The position numbers and the translations under genes were made by a program. From assembly GCA_903920865.1 (NCBI GenBank), contig CAIXNN010000009.1:13287-77286 (forward strand): a stretch of 64,000 nt of DNA. Direction: 5' to 3'. Positions 1 to 8,948 of the stretch are shown piece by piece. Position 1 is the stretch's first letter; every line of letters starts with the position of its first letter. This DNA is from an uncultured Actinomycetes bacterium (lineage in GTDB: Bacteria > Actinomycetota > Actinomycetes > UBA12327). Under the pieces are notes generated by a model, which had not been told where the DNA came from, did not search any database, and worked only from the letters and a program-made list of their open reading frames with translations.

Positions 1-2
1 GT

Positions 3-494
3 TTGACCAGCGCCTGTGATGGTGATCGGACCGCCGTTGAGCATGGCGTGTTGACCAGCCAAAGTTTCAGGGGTGAGGTCACCGGCAAATACGTGGTACT
101 TCAACACGTTGGCCAATTTCCCGTTCGGGTCTGCCTTCAAAGCAGCCACAGTTGCGGCATCAACTTTTGCGAATGCGTCGTTCGTCGGTGCAAACACGGT
201 GATGTTTGGCGTTGTGTTCAGGGTCTGTCCCAAGCCAGCGGCTCCGACGAAGCTCACCAACGTGCTCAAGGCAGGAATCTTGGCGGCGGCATCGGCCACA
301 GCCGTGCTCGACGCGACAGCGGCTACGTCTGCTGGAATGGCCGAGCAGGCGGCACCGAATGGGCCACTTGCAACAGCAGCTGGTGTGGTTGTCGCAGGTG
401 CGGCAGCTGGCTCGCTCTTCTTGCTGCAGGCAGTCAGGCTGAACGCCAAAGCTGCAATGGTGACTGCAACAAGGGCAGTGCGGGTCGACTTCAT
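3..494 (-). CDS. Fasciclin (FAS1) domain secreted/lipoprotein, partial (C-terminus lies beyond window start)
   Basis: Minus-strand frame not in ORF track (no stop in window). It translates MKSTRTALVAVTIAALAFSLTACS... (signal/lipobox-like). It carries the FAS1 signature TVFAPTNDAF followed by KLANVLKYHVFAG. ATG is at 492-494. Confidence 0.75.
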   Translation of the reverse strand, partial: MKSTRTALVAVTIAALAFSLTACSKKSEPAAAPATTTPAAVASGPFGAACSAIPADVAAVASSTAVADAAAKIPALSTLVSFVGAAGLGQTLNTTPNITVFAPTNDAFAKVDAATVAALKADPNGKLANVLKYHVFAGDLTPETLAGQHAMLNGGPITITGAGQ

Positions 495-675
495 GTGGCT
501 CCTTAGGTCGTATTGCGGTGGTGCAAGCGTTGCACAACTTGTTCAAGTGCGCACTTTGGGGGAGATTTTTGTGCCTAGAGCCTTCTGACTTGGGTTCGAT
601 ATGTCCGTTTTGGCGCTCGGACCGGCCGGTGGCGCGCGGACCAAGGGTGAGTAGGACACACTGTCAGAGGTCAAA

Positions 676-2211
676 ATGATTAGGGGTGCAATGAACGAGT
701 CGTCGCAAGCTTCGTCAGCAGGTGTGAGCGCAACAAATATTTCGAGCGATGCTCAGCCATTGCCGGGGCGTTGGACCGCCCTGACGGTTTTGGCCCTTGC
801 GCAGTTTGTCTTAGTTCTTGACTCCACTGTGGTCAATGTGGCCCTTCCTTCTATCCAACGTCAATTCGACCTACCGGAAGCACGCCTGGCCTGGATCGTC
901 AATGGGTACGGCTTGACCTTCGGTGGTCTGCTCTTGCTCGGTGGAAGTTTGGGTGACCTTTATGGTCGGCGCAAACTCTTTATGATCGGCATCGCAACCT
1001 TTAGTGGGGCCTCCTTTATTGCCGGCCTGGCATGGAACGCAGATGTAGTGATCGCGATGCGATTCCTGCAAGGAGCTGGTGCAGCAATGGCCGCACCAGC
1101 TGCGCTGTCTTCGATTACAAGAATCTTCACCATACCCAAGGAGAGGACTCGAGCGCTGGGAACCTGGGGTGGGATCAGTGCACTCGGAGGAACTATCGGT
1201 GCGGTGTTATCTGGATTTATTGTTCAATACTCATCCTGGCGATGGGTATTTTTCGTCACCGTCCCCATCACCTTGATCGCATTATTGCTCGCCACACGAT
1301 TTGTTCCCGAATCCCGAGCCCCCAGCCGCCCCAAACTCGACGTCATCGGCTCAATCTTGATCACTCTCGGCATTGGTACTGCTGTCTTTGCCTTGCTCAA
1401 CAAGGGGTCAAAGAGCTGGACCAGTCCTCAATTGGTTGGTGAACTAGCCCTAGCGGCGATTTTGATCGTGGTCTTTGTTTTGTGGGAAAAGCGTCAAACA
1501 ATGCCGATGGTCCCACTGGACATTTTTAAGAATCGCAATCGCGTTGTCGGTGTGACTGCATCGGTGCTTTTTGGTTCGGTGCTGTCCACGTACTTCTTTA
1601 CCACCACTTTGTACATGCAGGTCATCTTGCGATTTTCGCCTCTTAAAACCGGCGCAGCTTATTTGCCCTTGGGTCTAGTAATTTTGTTTTCCTTCCCGAT
1701 CATTTCTGCGCTTGTGCCCAAAGTGGGTATCCGTTTGATCATGCCGTTGGGATTAATCTCGGGCTTCCTTGGACTTCTTAAGCTCTCGCAACTCAGCGTT
1801 GGAGGCACTTATCCCACGGATGTATTGCCTGGCATGCTGCTGGTTGCCTTTGCAGCGGCCTGCGGCTTTGTCACGTTCACCATCGCTGGTGTGGACGGAA
1901 CAACCGAGGAAAATGCCGGTATTGCTTCAGGAATCCTCAGCGCGGGTGGACAAATTGGTAGCGCCCTAGGACTAGCCACCCTGGTTTCAATCGCTGTCAG
2001 CGTCTCAGCCACTAAGAGCGCCAACGGAACGCCTTTCCCGGTAGCAACTGTTGCTGGTTTTTCGGCCGCCTATCACGTGGCGGCATTTGTCTTACTGGTC
2101 GGAGCGATCATCGCTGCCATGTTCTTGCGTTCAGCGGCTAAGAACACCGCTGCGATGCAGCCCAAGGAGACAAACGTCGACGTTCCTGAGTCTGATTCAG
2201 TGAATCAGTAA
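676..2211 (+). CDS. MFS transporter, DHA2-like drug/H+ antiporter (about 14 TMS)
   Basis: 511 aa and highly hydrophobic. Has MFS motif A, GDLYGRRKLFMIG, after TM2. Multiple TM segments throughout. Confidence 0.85.
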   Translation: MIRGAMNESSQASSAGVSATNISSDAQPLPGRWTALTVLALAQFVLVLDSTVVNVALPSIQRQFDLPEARLAWIVNGYGLTFGGLLLLGGSLGDLYGRRKLFMIGIATFSGASFIAGLAWNADVVIAMRFLQGAGAAMAAPAALSSITRIFTIPKERTRALGTWGGISALGGTIGAVLSGFIVQYSSWRWVFFVTVPITLIALLLATRFVPESRAPSRPKLDVIGSILITLGIGTAVFALLNKGSKSWTSPQLVGELALAAILIVVFVLWEKRQTMPMVPLDIFKNRNRVVGVTASVLFGSVLSTYFFTTTLYMQVILRFSPLKTGAAYLPLGLVILFSFPIISALVPKVGIRLIMPLGLISGFLGLLKLSQLSVGGTYPTDVLPGMLLVAFAAACGFVTFTIAGVDGTTEENAGIASGILSAGGQIGSALGLATLVSIAVSVSATKSANGTPFPVATVAGFSAAYHVAAFVLLVGAIIAAMFLRSAAKNTAAMQPKETNVDVPESDSVNQ

Positions 2212-2230
2212 TTTTGCTTAGGGGTAGTTA

Positions 2231-3079
2231 GTGCAGATTCGAACACTTAGCTCGGATGAAGTAAAGCTGGCGGTGGTTTGGGCCGCTGCCGAAGGCTGGA
2301 ATCCTGGACTATTCGATGCGGAATCTTTTTACGCTGCAGACCCGCAAGGATTTATCGGCGCATTCATCGATGACGAATTGGTTGGCACAATCTCGGCGGT
2401 GCGCTACGGGGACGATTTTTCTTTCTTAGGTTTATACATCGTCGCCCCGCAATTTCGGGGTCGCGGGATTGGCACAGCATTGTGGGCGGCGGCGATGGAA
2501 CGTGTCAGCGGAAGTGCCGTTGGCCTTGATGGGGTCCTTGAAATGCAGTCTGCTTATGAATTATCGGGTTTTAAGTTGGCACATCGAAATGTTCGCTATG
2601 GCGGCGTTCCCCACCGAGCCGGTTCGAGGTCCGCAGGTCAGGCGGGCGAACTTCGCGAATTGAGCACTGGCGATCTTGAGGCAATCGCAACTTTGGATCG
2701 GGAATGTTTTGGAGCAGAGCGAAACGCGTTTTTATCAGACTGGATCCAGCAACCGCACGCACGCACTGCTGGGGTGTTTCAGGGCGAGAACTGTCTCGGC
2801 TTCTCGGTACTGCGTGAGTGTGGGGTGGGGTTCAAATTCGGCCCGGTTTTTGCTGAATCGCGCGAGATTGCCCAGTTTCTTGTTGAAGAACTTTTGAAGA
2901 AGATTTCGCCTGGCTCCCAAATCTTTCTTGACGTCTCTGTCGATCATGCTGCAGGCGTTGAATTGGCCGAAGGTTTGGGGCTTGAACCGGTTTTTGAAAC
3001 TGTTCGCATGTATGCGAACGGACAGCCCGCAATCGACCAACCGAAAGTATTTGGTGTGACCAGTTTTGAATTGGGCTAG
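2231..3079 (+). CDS. GNAT family N-acetyltransferase (tandem GNAT fold, N-terminal half with intact acetyl-CoA motif)
   Basis: QFRGRGIGTALW matches the R/Q-x-x-G-x-G/A acetyl-CoA binding motif. The second half is GNAT-like but lacks the motif. Confidence 0.7.
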   Translation: MQIRTLSSDEVKLAVVWAAAEGWNPGLFDAESFYAADPQGFIGAFIDDELVGTISAVRYGDDFSFLGLYIVAPQFRGRGIGTALWAAAMERVSGSAVGLDGVLEMQSAYELSGFKLAHRNVRYGGVPHRAGSRSAGQAGELRELSTGDLEAIATLDRECFGAERNAFLSDWIQQPHARTAGVFQGENCLGFSVLRECGVGFKFGPVFAESREIAQFLVEELLKKISPGSQIFLDVSVDHAAGVELAEGLGLEPVFETVRMYANGQPAIDQPKVFGVTSFELG

Positions 3080-3152
3080 GTAAACTGAGGTTTGTCGGTG
3101 GTGACCTCTAACATAAGTACTGACGTTTTGATTAAAACTCGGGGGAGTTGCT

Positions 3153-4202
3153 TTGCCACCAGCTGATGGGTCGAATCTTTTGTATTCAGTGAGATATAAC
3201 GAAGCACTTGCGTGGATGTCTGATCTTCATCGTGGTCAGACCCAGCGCAAATTTGAGTACGAATCTCCAGTGCCGGTGATTGCGCACCTGCTGGAGGTCT
3301 CATCGCGCATTTGGATAGCCGGTGGCGGTGAAGATGAGGCCATCGCGGGTCTACTGCACGATAGTTTGGAAGATGCTTATTACCCCGGGATTGAAAGTGA
3401 CATTGAGGACCGCTTTGGACCGCGAGTTCTTGAGCTAGTCAAGGGATGTTCCTATGGCAGGCCTGGCGAGAATACGGCGCCGTTGTCCTGGGAAGAGGGA
3501 AAAGTCGAGTACCTAGATCGCTTGCGTAAAGCAGACTTAGCCACGTTGCGTGTTGCCTGGGCCGAAAAAATCTCCAATGTGCGAGCTGTGGTTGAAGATC
3601 TTGAAGCCGGTCGACCATTGTTTGAGCTCTTTCAGTCACCGCGCCAAGAAACTCTGGAATATTTCGGCCAACTTGGTGAGGTTTTCAAATCTCGCTGGGG
3701 CAATGTTCCTGAAGTTCGTCGCTACCTAGCATTGGTTGAACGCATGGGCTCGCCGATGCTTAACCCCAATGTCTGGTCGGTGTTTGGCAATGCGCACCTC
3801 GCCCTTGGTGAACCGTATAACTTCCAGATCATCCCAGCGGCACAGGGCACGGTTAGTGGCCTATTCCCGTTTGAAACCGACGCCTACATCCTGACGGCGT
3901 GGAATCCGATGGTGTCGACCCTGCCAGATTCGGTCAACGGCTTGCGCAACCAAGCATTGCGTGAGCAGTTGCGCGCCGATGGAATCAACGTTGTGGACTG
4001 TGCAGGTTTTGACCCGCAGGGTGCATGGCGAGAAGAAGGCTTCCTAGTAACCGGGCTTGAGTCCGAACACACAGCGCTAGAACTGGGTCGTCACCACGGC
4101 CAAGCGGCGATTTATCGCTGGAGCCCGCAGGCGCTGACAGTCTTGGAATGTTTTGGTCGTCGACAGTCAGATTCAGGTTGGTCGATTTCTACCGGTGCGT
4201 GA
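3153..4202 (+). CDS. HD-domain protein of RelA/SpoT (p)ppGpp-hydrolase type (small alarmone hydrolase-like) fused to a C-terminal domain of unknown function
   Basis: The N-terminus HRGQTQRKFEYESPVPVIAHLLEV...AIAGLLHDSLEDAY matches the Rel/SpoT/Mesh1 HD hydrolase consensus (HxGQxRK...HP..VA.IL...AALLHDxxEDT). The C-terminal 140 aa (FPFETDAYILTAWNP...) resembles a standalone actinobacterial DUF. TTG start with a GGGGGAG SD. Confidence 0.6.
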   Translation: MPPADGSNLLYSVRYNEALAWMSDLHRGQTQRKFEYESPVPVIAHLLEVSSRIWIAGGGEDEAIAGLLHDSLEDAYYPGIESDIEDRFGPRVLELVKGCSYGRPGENTAPLSWEEGKVEYLDRLRKADLATLRVAWAEKISNVRAVVEDLEAGRPLFELFQSPRQETLEYFGQLGEVFKSRWGNVPEVRRYLALVERMGSPMLNPNVWSVFGNAHLALGEPYNFQIIPAAQGTVSGLFPFETDAYILTAWNPMVSTLPDSVNGLRNQALREQLRADGINVVDCAGFDPQGAWREEGFLVTGLESEHTALELGRHHGQAAIYRWSPQALTVLECFGRRQSDSGWSISTGA

Positions 4203-5114
4203 GGGATTGTTTTCAAAGAGTCGAGCCGGCTTGCCAATGGATCCCGAACTCGTGGACTCAGTGTCTACCAGGTAGTTCATCATGCGTCGCCTGAAAGTGT
4301 CCTTAGCCGGCGTCCCATCTGGGTCAATCCTGCGGTGGAGTGATTCCAAATCCCTCAGGGTGAACGGCTCTGCCAGCAGGCGGTAGGGATCGGGAACACT
4401 TCGATAGTCCGCCTGTACTCGTTCAGCGGCCTGGCTGACGATCTCTCGGTGGTCAATGCGCACCCGAGTTCGTTTTTCTGCCACGGACCGCACACTTCGC
4501 AAGCGAATGTCGGGATTGAACAGCACTGCTTGTCTAATCTTTTCCCAATTGACCAGTTCAAAGTGCCCAACTGAAAGGACCCGTCCCCGTGGATCGCGTC
4601 TTAACTCGTCGAAGACTTTGAGCTGTCGTGGATGTAAACCCTTGATCCCAGCTTTAGTAAGCAATGCTCGGTTGGTTGCCTGAATCAGGGTCTCTCCGTC
4701 ATGGAGAAAGGTGCCCGGCAGCGACCAACTTGGTTTGCTGAGCGGCTGATTACTCGAGCGGATTTCGCTGAGAACGAGCAGTACGTGCAGGCCGCCCTCA
4801 GATTCAGTTTCCTGGCTACTGGAGGAATAGCGCAGTTCCAAGTCCAAGGGATCAGGCACCGTCAAAACCGCCACATCAACGGCCACCGATGGGCGTGGGT
4901 AGTCCTCGAGGCTTCGGCCTGATTCGTCCCGCCAGAGTTCCTGCGAACGCAATCTCCGCGCCGTCGATCCGCCAGCTGCTGGCGCATCGCGAATTGCCCT
5001 CTTCCCCTCTGTCTCAAGGGATGAGCCAGTGGAAAGGTTGGAGTGCTGCTCGTCCTGATTGCGGGGCACTGGTTCACCTTCCTTCGGGAACTGACTATAG
5101 GTGCATTGTCGCAC
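4173..5114 (-). CDS. NrtR-like Nudix-related transcriptional regulator (degenerate Nudix domain plus C-terminal winged helix); true start probably internal
   Basis: Degenerate Nudix box LPGTFLHDGETLIQATNRALLTKAGI lacks the REx2EE catalytic residues. The C-terminus FTLRDLESLHRRI...DTFRRRMMNYL resembles the NrtR DNA-binding domain (FTLxELQ...NFRRK). The N-terminal roughly 80 aa of the ORF are low-complexity and probably not translated. Confidence 0.5.
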   Translation of the reverse strand: MRQCTYSQFPKEGEPVPRNQDEQHSNLSTGSSLETEGKRAIRDAPAAGGSTARRLRSQELWRDESGRSLEDYPRPSVAVDVAVLTVPDPLDLELRYSSSSQETESEGGLHVLLVLSEIRSSNQPLSKPSWSLPGTFLHDGETLIQATNRALLTKAGIKGLHPRQLKVFDELRRDPRGRVLSVGHFELVNWEKIRQAVLFNPDIRLRSVRSVAEKRTRVRIDHREIVSQAAERVQADYRSVPDPYRLLAEPFTLRDLESLHRRIDPDGTPAKDTFRRRMMNYLVDTESTSSGSIGKPARLFENNPSRTGRNRPT

Positions 5115-5197
5115 CCTCGGGCTAAGGTTTTGGGTATTAGCGCATATTCGCTCTAATGTGTGCTATCCTGGTCGGTTGTCCTAAACAGGGAGGGAAC

Positions 5198-5749
5198 ATG
5201 GGCCATGTGCTCAAGAGTTTTGCTGCGTGGTTCGGATTTACCGATCCACAGTTGCGCGCTCCAAGTCCATCGGAGCAAGGCTTAGTTGACGGTGAACCGG
5301 AGCGTGAATTCATCCACGATCCGTCCGCAAGCGCTGGCCTGGCCGAAGTCTTTGAGTTTGTGCTTCCCGACGAAGAAGTCGATGAGAGTTGGCAGGAGGA
5401 GATGACTGCGGAAGAGATTGAGGCCTTGACCTATATCGGTCCAGAGTTGATGGCTCGGCTGAAGACGCCGGTGGACCCTTCGGAAAATATCACCCATGAA
5501 CAGATGATGAAGATTCTGTACCCAGGTGAGATTCGGGTGCTTTCACGCGGCAGCGCAAAAGTTGAACTTGAGGAACGCGAAGAGGGCGGATTCTCGGTGA
5601 AAGTCGATGATGAATGTGTTGGCATTGTTCATCGTCGCAGTCAAACCAAGTGGGTTGCACGTGCAGTCGAAGACGATCACGTCAGCACCCATCACAACAA
5701 TGCAATTGAAGCGGCTCAAGCCTTAGTTGAGTTTGCCCGCGGCTACTAA
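5198..5749 (+). CDS. Hypothetical acidic protein (no recognisable domain)
   Basis: ATG at 5198 preceded by a GGAGGG SD. Very E/D-rich. Coding-like third-position GC. Confidence 0.5.
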   Translation: MGHVLKSFAAWFGFTDPQLRAPSPSEQGLVDGEPEREFIHDPSASAGLAEVFEFVLPDEEVDESWQEEMTAEEIEALTYIGPELMARLKTPVDPSENITHEQMMKILYPGEIRVLSRGSAKVELEEREEGGFSVKVDDECVGIVHRRSQTKWVARAVEDDHVSTHHNNAIEAAQALVEFARGY

Positions 5750-5798
5750 TTCAAAGAATTGCTTCCCCAGACATTCAACGGTGGAAAGGAACTGCTCA

Positions 5799-6281
5799 AT
5801 GTGTAAAGGACAAGTTGGTAAGCGCACGGCTCTGGAGTCCCATGCTGTGATGACGTACCTGAATTTGACTGCAGATCGTGAAGGGCACGTGACATTGATC
5901 AAGCCAGATGACGATGGCGACTACCTGATTAATACGCGCGAATGGCGCAAGAGCGCCGAAGGGGACCCTTCACCGGTGTGGTTGACCATTGAGGACCAGG
6001 AGGTTCGGCTCCTCAGCCTTCTTGTTCGCGACCTTAAGCCGGTCAAGGGCCTGTATGAGGAGATCAATAATCTAAACCGTAAATGTGCTGATGTGAAGGC
6101 TTTCCTCAACGACGGCCACTTCTATATCTCAACGTCCCTGCTCGGTGAGGCTGTAACTGAGCGCAATCTGCGTTCAGCCATTGGCTTGGTCACCCGCGTG
6201 GGCGATGACTATGGCGCAATGGTTGCCACGGTGTATGGCGGCCACCACATCACAGTCAACGCCGACGAGGATCAGGAGTAG
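5799..6281 (+). CDS. Hypothetical protein (no recognisable domain)
   Basis: ATG at 5799 with a GGAAAGGA SD. 160 aa. Co-directional with and immediately downstream of the 5198..5749 gene. Confidence 0.5.
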   Translation: MCKGQVGKRTALESHAVMTYLNLTADREGHVTLIKPDDDGDYLINTREWRKSAEGDPSPVWLTIEDQEVRLLSLLVRDLKPVKGLYEEINNLNRKCADVKAFLNDGHFYISTSLLGEAVTERNLRSAIGLVTRVGDDYGAMVATVYGGHHITVNADEDQE

Positions 6282-6327
6282 AACCAAGAGATCAAACTCA
6301 TTGAATGAAAAGACGATGAGTTTGCTG

Positions 6328-6777
6328 CTACTTCCTCAAGACCTCAATCTTGGTTGCGCCATTGTGAGTCTGGGTAATTGGCAACTTGATTTCTAGGATT
6401 CCATCGGTATAGCTCGCCGATATTTCCTTCTCGGTCGTGCCAGCGGGCAGTGGAATGCGACGGGTGAATTGACCATAATGAAATTCGGATCGATAGAAGC
6501 CTTTGCCTGAATCCTCAGTTTCGGACCTGCGCTCAACGCGAAGGCACAGCGCTCCTTCCGAAACCGTGATCTCGACATCTTTGTCTGGGTCAATGCCTGG
6601 GATTTCAGCTCTGACGATCATCGCGCCGTCTTCGCGAAACTCCTCAAGGCGAAGTGAGTCGCGATCAAACCACGTACCGACATCGGTCCAATCCCATCCG
6701 CGAAAGAACTCCGGAAGGTCGCGAGTGGCCCATTCGGCCAGAGGCATGGGGGTGGTGTGCTTAACAAGTGTGCTCAT
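6328..6777 (-). CDS. Hsp20/alpha-crystallin family small heat shock protein
   Basis: Alpha-crystallin domain: ...EFREDGAMIVRAEIPGIDPDKDVEITV...GILEIKLPI. Confidence 0.9.
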   Translation of the reverse strand: MSTLVKHTTPMPLAEWATRDLPEFFRGWDWTDVGTWFDRDSLRLEEFREDGAMIVRAEIPGIDPDKDVEITVSEGALCLRVERRSETEDSGKGFYRSEFHYGQFTRRIPLPAGTTEKEISASYTDGILEIKLPITQTHNGATKIEVLRK

Positions 6778-7149
6778 GGTGGTCTCCTCTTAGCGATGAG
6801 TAGACAAATAACTCAAAAGCCAATTAGCCAGTGGTGGGTTCGCCTCTAGTCAGGCTAGATCGGATGCACCCTGGGCAGTAGGGGCTTGTGGGCAGGACAA
6901 AGCCCATGTGGGGCTAGGACTGCTGACTTTGAGCCCAATGTCCTGTTCTGCCTACCGGTGCTTGAGGCAGGTTACGCATCCCGTACCGTTATAGGTAGCT
7001 GTAGTTGCTGTTTCAGAATTGGTTTTCGAACTCCCGCTCGGTGTTAGTTGTTATTTAACTTCGACCACATGCGCAGGTCAGGACGTCGGCCGCAGCACAA
7101 GTGCACACAGTGTGCGCTTGTTTCGTCCCAAATAAGGAAGATAAATAAC

Positions 7150-7353
7150 ATGGCACAAGGCACCGTTAAGTGGTTCAACGCTGAAAAGGGCTTCGGATTC
7201 ATCGCACAGGCCGATGGTGGAGCAGACGTGTTCGTCCACTTCTCCGCTATCGCCTCAGATGGCTACCGTTCCCTCGAAGAGAACCAGGCTGTTGAGTACG
7301 ACATCACTCAGGGTCCTAAGGGTCCTCAGGCAGAGAACGTTCGCGCTCTCTAA
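7150..7353 (+). CDS. cspA: Cold-shock protein (CspA family)
   Basis: [18 protein letters not shown]...VFVHFSAI carries the RNP1/RNP2 motifs. Long 5' UTR. Confidence 0.95.
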   Translation: MAQGTVKWFNAEKGFGFIAQADGGADVFVHFSAIASDGYRSLEENQAVEYDITQGPKGPQAENVRAL

Positions 7354-7365
7354 TTTTTGCCTCAC

Positions 7366-7399
7366 ACGAATGGCCCCGACTTTTGTCGGGGCCATTCGT
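7366..7399. terminator. Hairpin terminator between convergent cspA and PPOX genes
   Basis: acgaatggccccgac-tttt-gtcggggccattcgt forms a 15-bp perfect stem followed by a T-containing tract. Confidence 0.55.
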
Positions 7400-7427
7400 C
7401 GTTTAGTAAGTAACTAACTAGCGCGGT

Positions 7428-7817
7428 TTACTTCTCGACTACTCGACGCTCCATCGCAGGGATGCCCGGCTTGGGGTCGTTGATGCCCCAGCTGATGATC
7501 ACCTCGGGTGAGATTTTGAATCGCTGGCCATCATCGGACTGCGCAAGTGCACAAGCGCCGATGACCTTAACCCCGCGGGGTGCCCAGGGATTGACGGTCG
7601 CGAGGTCGTCAACGACCACGGTGGCCCGGGGATTTTCCTTGATATTGCGGTACCGCACCGTTTTGGTGATATCGAATCCACCGGTGTATATGAAATCGCC
7701 ATCGCACTCAAACACCACTGGCGCCACGTCAGGACTTCCTGATGCGGATGCAGTGGCAAAGCGCATCAGGTGCTGGGTGCGAAGGTACGAAATTTCCATC
7801 TCGGTGAAGTTCGGCAT
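7428..7817 (-). CDS. Pyridoxamine 5'-phosphate oxidase family protein (PPOX class, probably F420-dependent)
   Basis: 129 aa, MPNFTEMEISYLRTQHLMRFATASASGSPDVAPVVF... has the PNPOx-like split-barrel signature. Confidence 0.6.
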   Translation of the reverse strand: MPNFTEMEISYLRTQHLMRFATASASGSPDVAPVVFECDGDFIYTGGFDITKTVRYRNIKENPRATVVVDDLATVNPWAPRGVKVIGACALAQSDDGQRFKISPEVIISWGINDPKPGIPAMERRVVEK

Positions 7818-8167
7818 CAGCGACCAAGCTCCAGGGCGACGATGGCCAGTGCCAAAATCGCGAAGGTGAGGGGAGCAGCGAGTTCCTTAGCCGAATCCTT
7901 GGCGCGTACGTGCGCAACGACGGCTGAGAGAAAGTAGAGAGCCAACCCGATTGATGCCGCGATACCTAGAAGCGGGATCCAGATTCCAATTAGCAAACCG
8001 AGAGCACCAGCAATTTCAAGCCCCGCCAAGATCGGAAGTTGGCTGTCCTTCACACCCACCGAGTGCATCACCTCAAGAACTTTCGGGTCCTTGCGAAGTT
8101 TTTGAATTCCTGATGCGGTAGCGATAAATCCCAGCAAGCTGGCGGTGACGATAAGAGCGATGGTCAT
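7817..8167 (-). CDS. DoxX family membrane protein
   Basis: 116 aa with 3-4 TMS in a DoxX-like pattern. Overlaps the PPOX start by 1 nt (operon). Confidence 0.55.
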   Translation of the reverse strand: MTIALIVTASLLGFIATASGIQKLRKDPKVLEVMHSVGVKDSQLPILAGLEIAGALGLLIGIWIPLLGIAASIGLALYFLSAVVAHVRAKDSAKELAAPLTFAILALAIVALELGR

Positions 8168-8284
8168 TGAACTTCTCCAACGGTAGTGAGTTATGGTTAC
8201 TATTGGTTACCATTGGAAACACTAGCCGTTTTTTCAGTGCCTACAAAAGGCACATTGCTGTCACCAAGTGACATGGAGGTTCCT

Positions 8285-8677
8285 GTGTCGGTCGAATCGA
8301 TCGCGTCGCAAGATGTAGCAGCGTGCGCTGTTATCCGGGGAACGTTTGACCGCCTCGGCGATAAGTGGAGCCTGCTGGTGATCAAGCTTCTCAGTGATGG
8401 GCCCCTGCGGTTCTCGGTGTTGAAAGAGGCTACTGGAGGTATTTCTCAGCGCATGTTGACGTTAACCCTTCGTAAACTTGAGCGCGACGGACTCATCACC
8501 CGAACAGCCTTTCCTGAAGTGCCGCCACGAGTGGAGTACGCGCTGAGTCCATTGGGACGGACCCTGGTTGAACCTGTCACGGCATTGGCCGAATGGGCAG
8601 TTGTTCGGTACGCGGAGATTTCTGAGAACCAACAATCATTCGATCGCAATGCACGATCGGCGACGAAGGCAAAGTAG
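8285..8677 (+). CDS. HxlR family (MarR-like) transcriptional regulator
   Basis: GDKWSLLVIKLLSDGPLRFSVLKEATGGISQRMLTLTLRKLERDGLITR is the HxlR wHTH. GTG at 8285 with a GGAGG SD. Divergent from DoxX-PPOX. Confidence 0.75.
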   Translation: MSVESIASQDVAACAVIRGTFDRLGDKWSLLVIKLLSDGPLRFSVLKEATGGISQRMLTLTLRKLERDGLITRTAFPEVPPRVEYALSPLGRTLVEPVTALAEWAVVRYAEISENQQSFDRNARSATKAK

Positions 8678-8829
8678 TCCGAACTCTTGCGGGGGTGAAT
8701 TCGCAGACACCTTTGAAGCAATGAAGAGCTGACCCTGTTGGGCCAACTCTTGATCTGTAGTAGCGAGGGCAGGAACCGTCGGACCGCTACGCGGTCTTCC
8801 TCCCACATCCTGGCTCGTTCAATAGGCAC

Positions 8830-8870
8830 ATGAGTCAGGCCCGATCCACAAGGGACCGGGCCTGACTCAT
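8830..8870. terminator. Strong hairpin immediately 3' of tRNA-fMet (minus strand)
   Basis: atgagtcaggcccg / cgggcctgactcat forms a 14-bp stem with a 13-nt loop. Confidence 0.4.
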
Positions 8871-8874
8871 TGAG

Positions 8875-8948
8875 TAGCGGGGGCAGGATTTGAACCTGCG
8901 ACCTCTGGGTTATGAGCCCAGCGAGCTCCCGAGCTGCTCCACCCCGCG
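8875..8948 (-). tRNA. metU: Initiator tRNA-fMet (anticodon CAU)
   Basis: Reverse complement is CGCGGGGTGGAGCAGCTCGGGAGCTCGCTGGGCTCATAACCCAGAGGTCGCAGGTTCAAATCCTGCCCCCGCTA. It has a C1:U72 mismatch, three G:C pairs closing the anticodon stem and a CAU anticodon, and is near-identical to mycobacterial metU. CCA is not encoded. Confidence 0.95.

Noticed and set aside
510-550. Overlapping short palindromes (GTGCAA-gcg-TTGCAC, ACTTG-tt-CAAGT) upstream of the fasciclin gene
   Set aside because: Short arms (5-6 bp) expected by chance in a promoter region, and no adjacent regulator gene.
6778-6860. HspR (HAIR) or HrcA (CIRCE) operator upstream of hsp20
   Set aside because: Only a partial TGAGT-N9-ACTCA was seen. 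Spacing and flanks do not fit CTTGAGT-N7-ACTCAAG, and no CIRCE-like TTAGCACTC was found.
4173-8948. Possible genomic island anchored at tRNA-fMet (cspA, hsp20, unknowns, NrtR, HxlR module lie 3' of the tRNA)
   Set aside because: No integrase, no recognisable direct repeat of the tRNA 3' end, and GC content and codon usage appear uniform with the surroundings.
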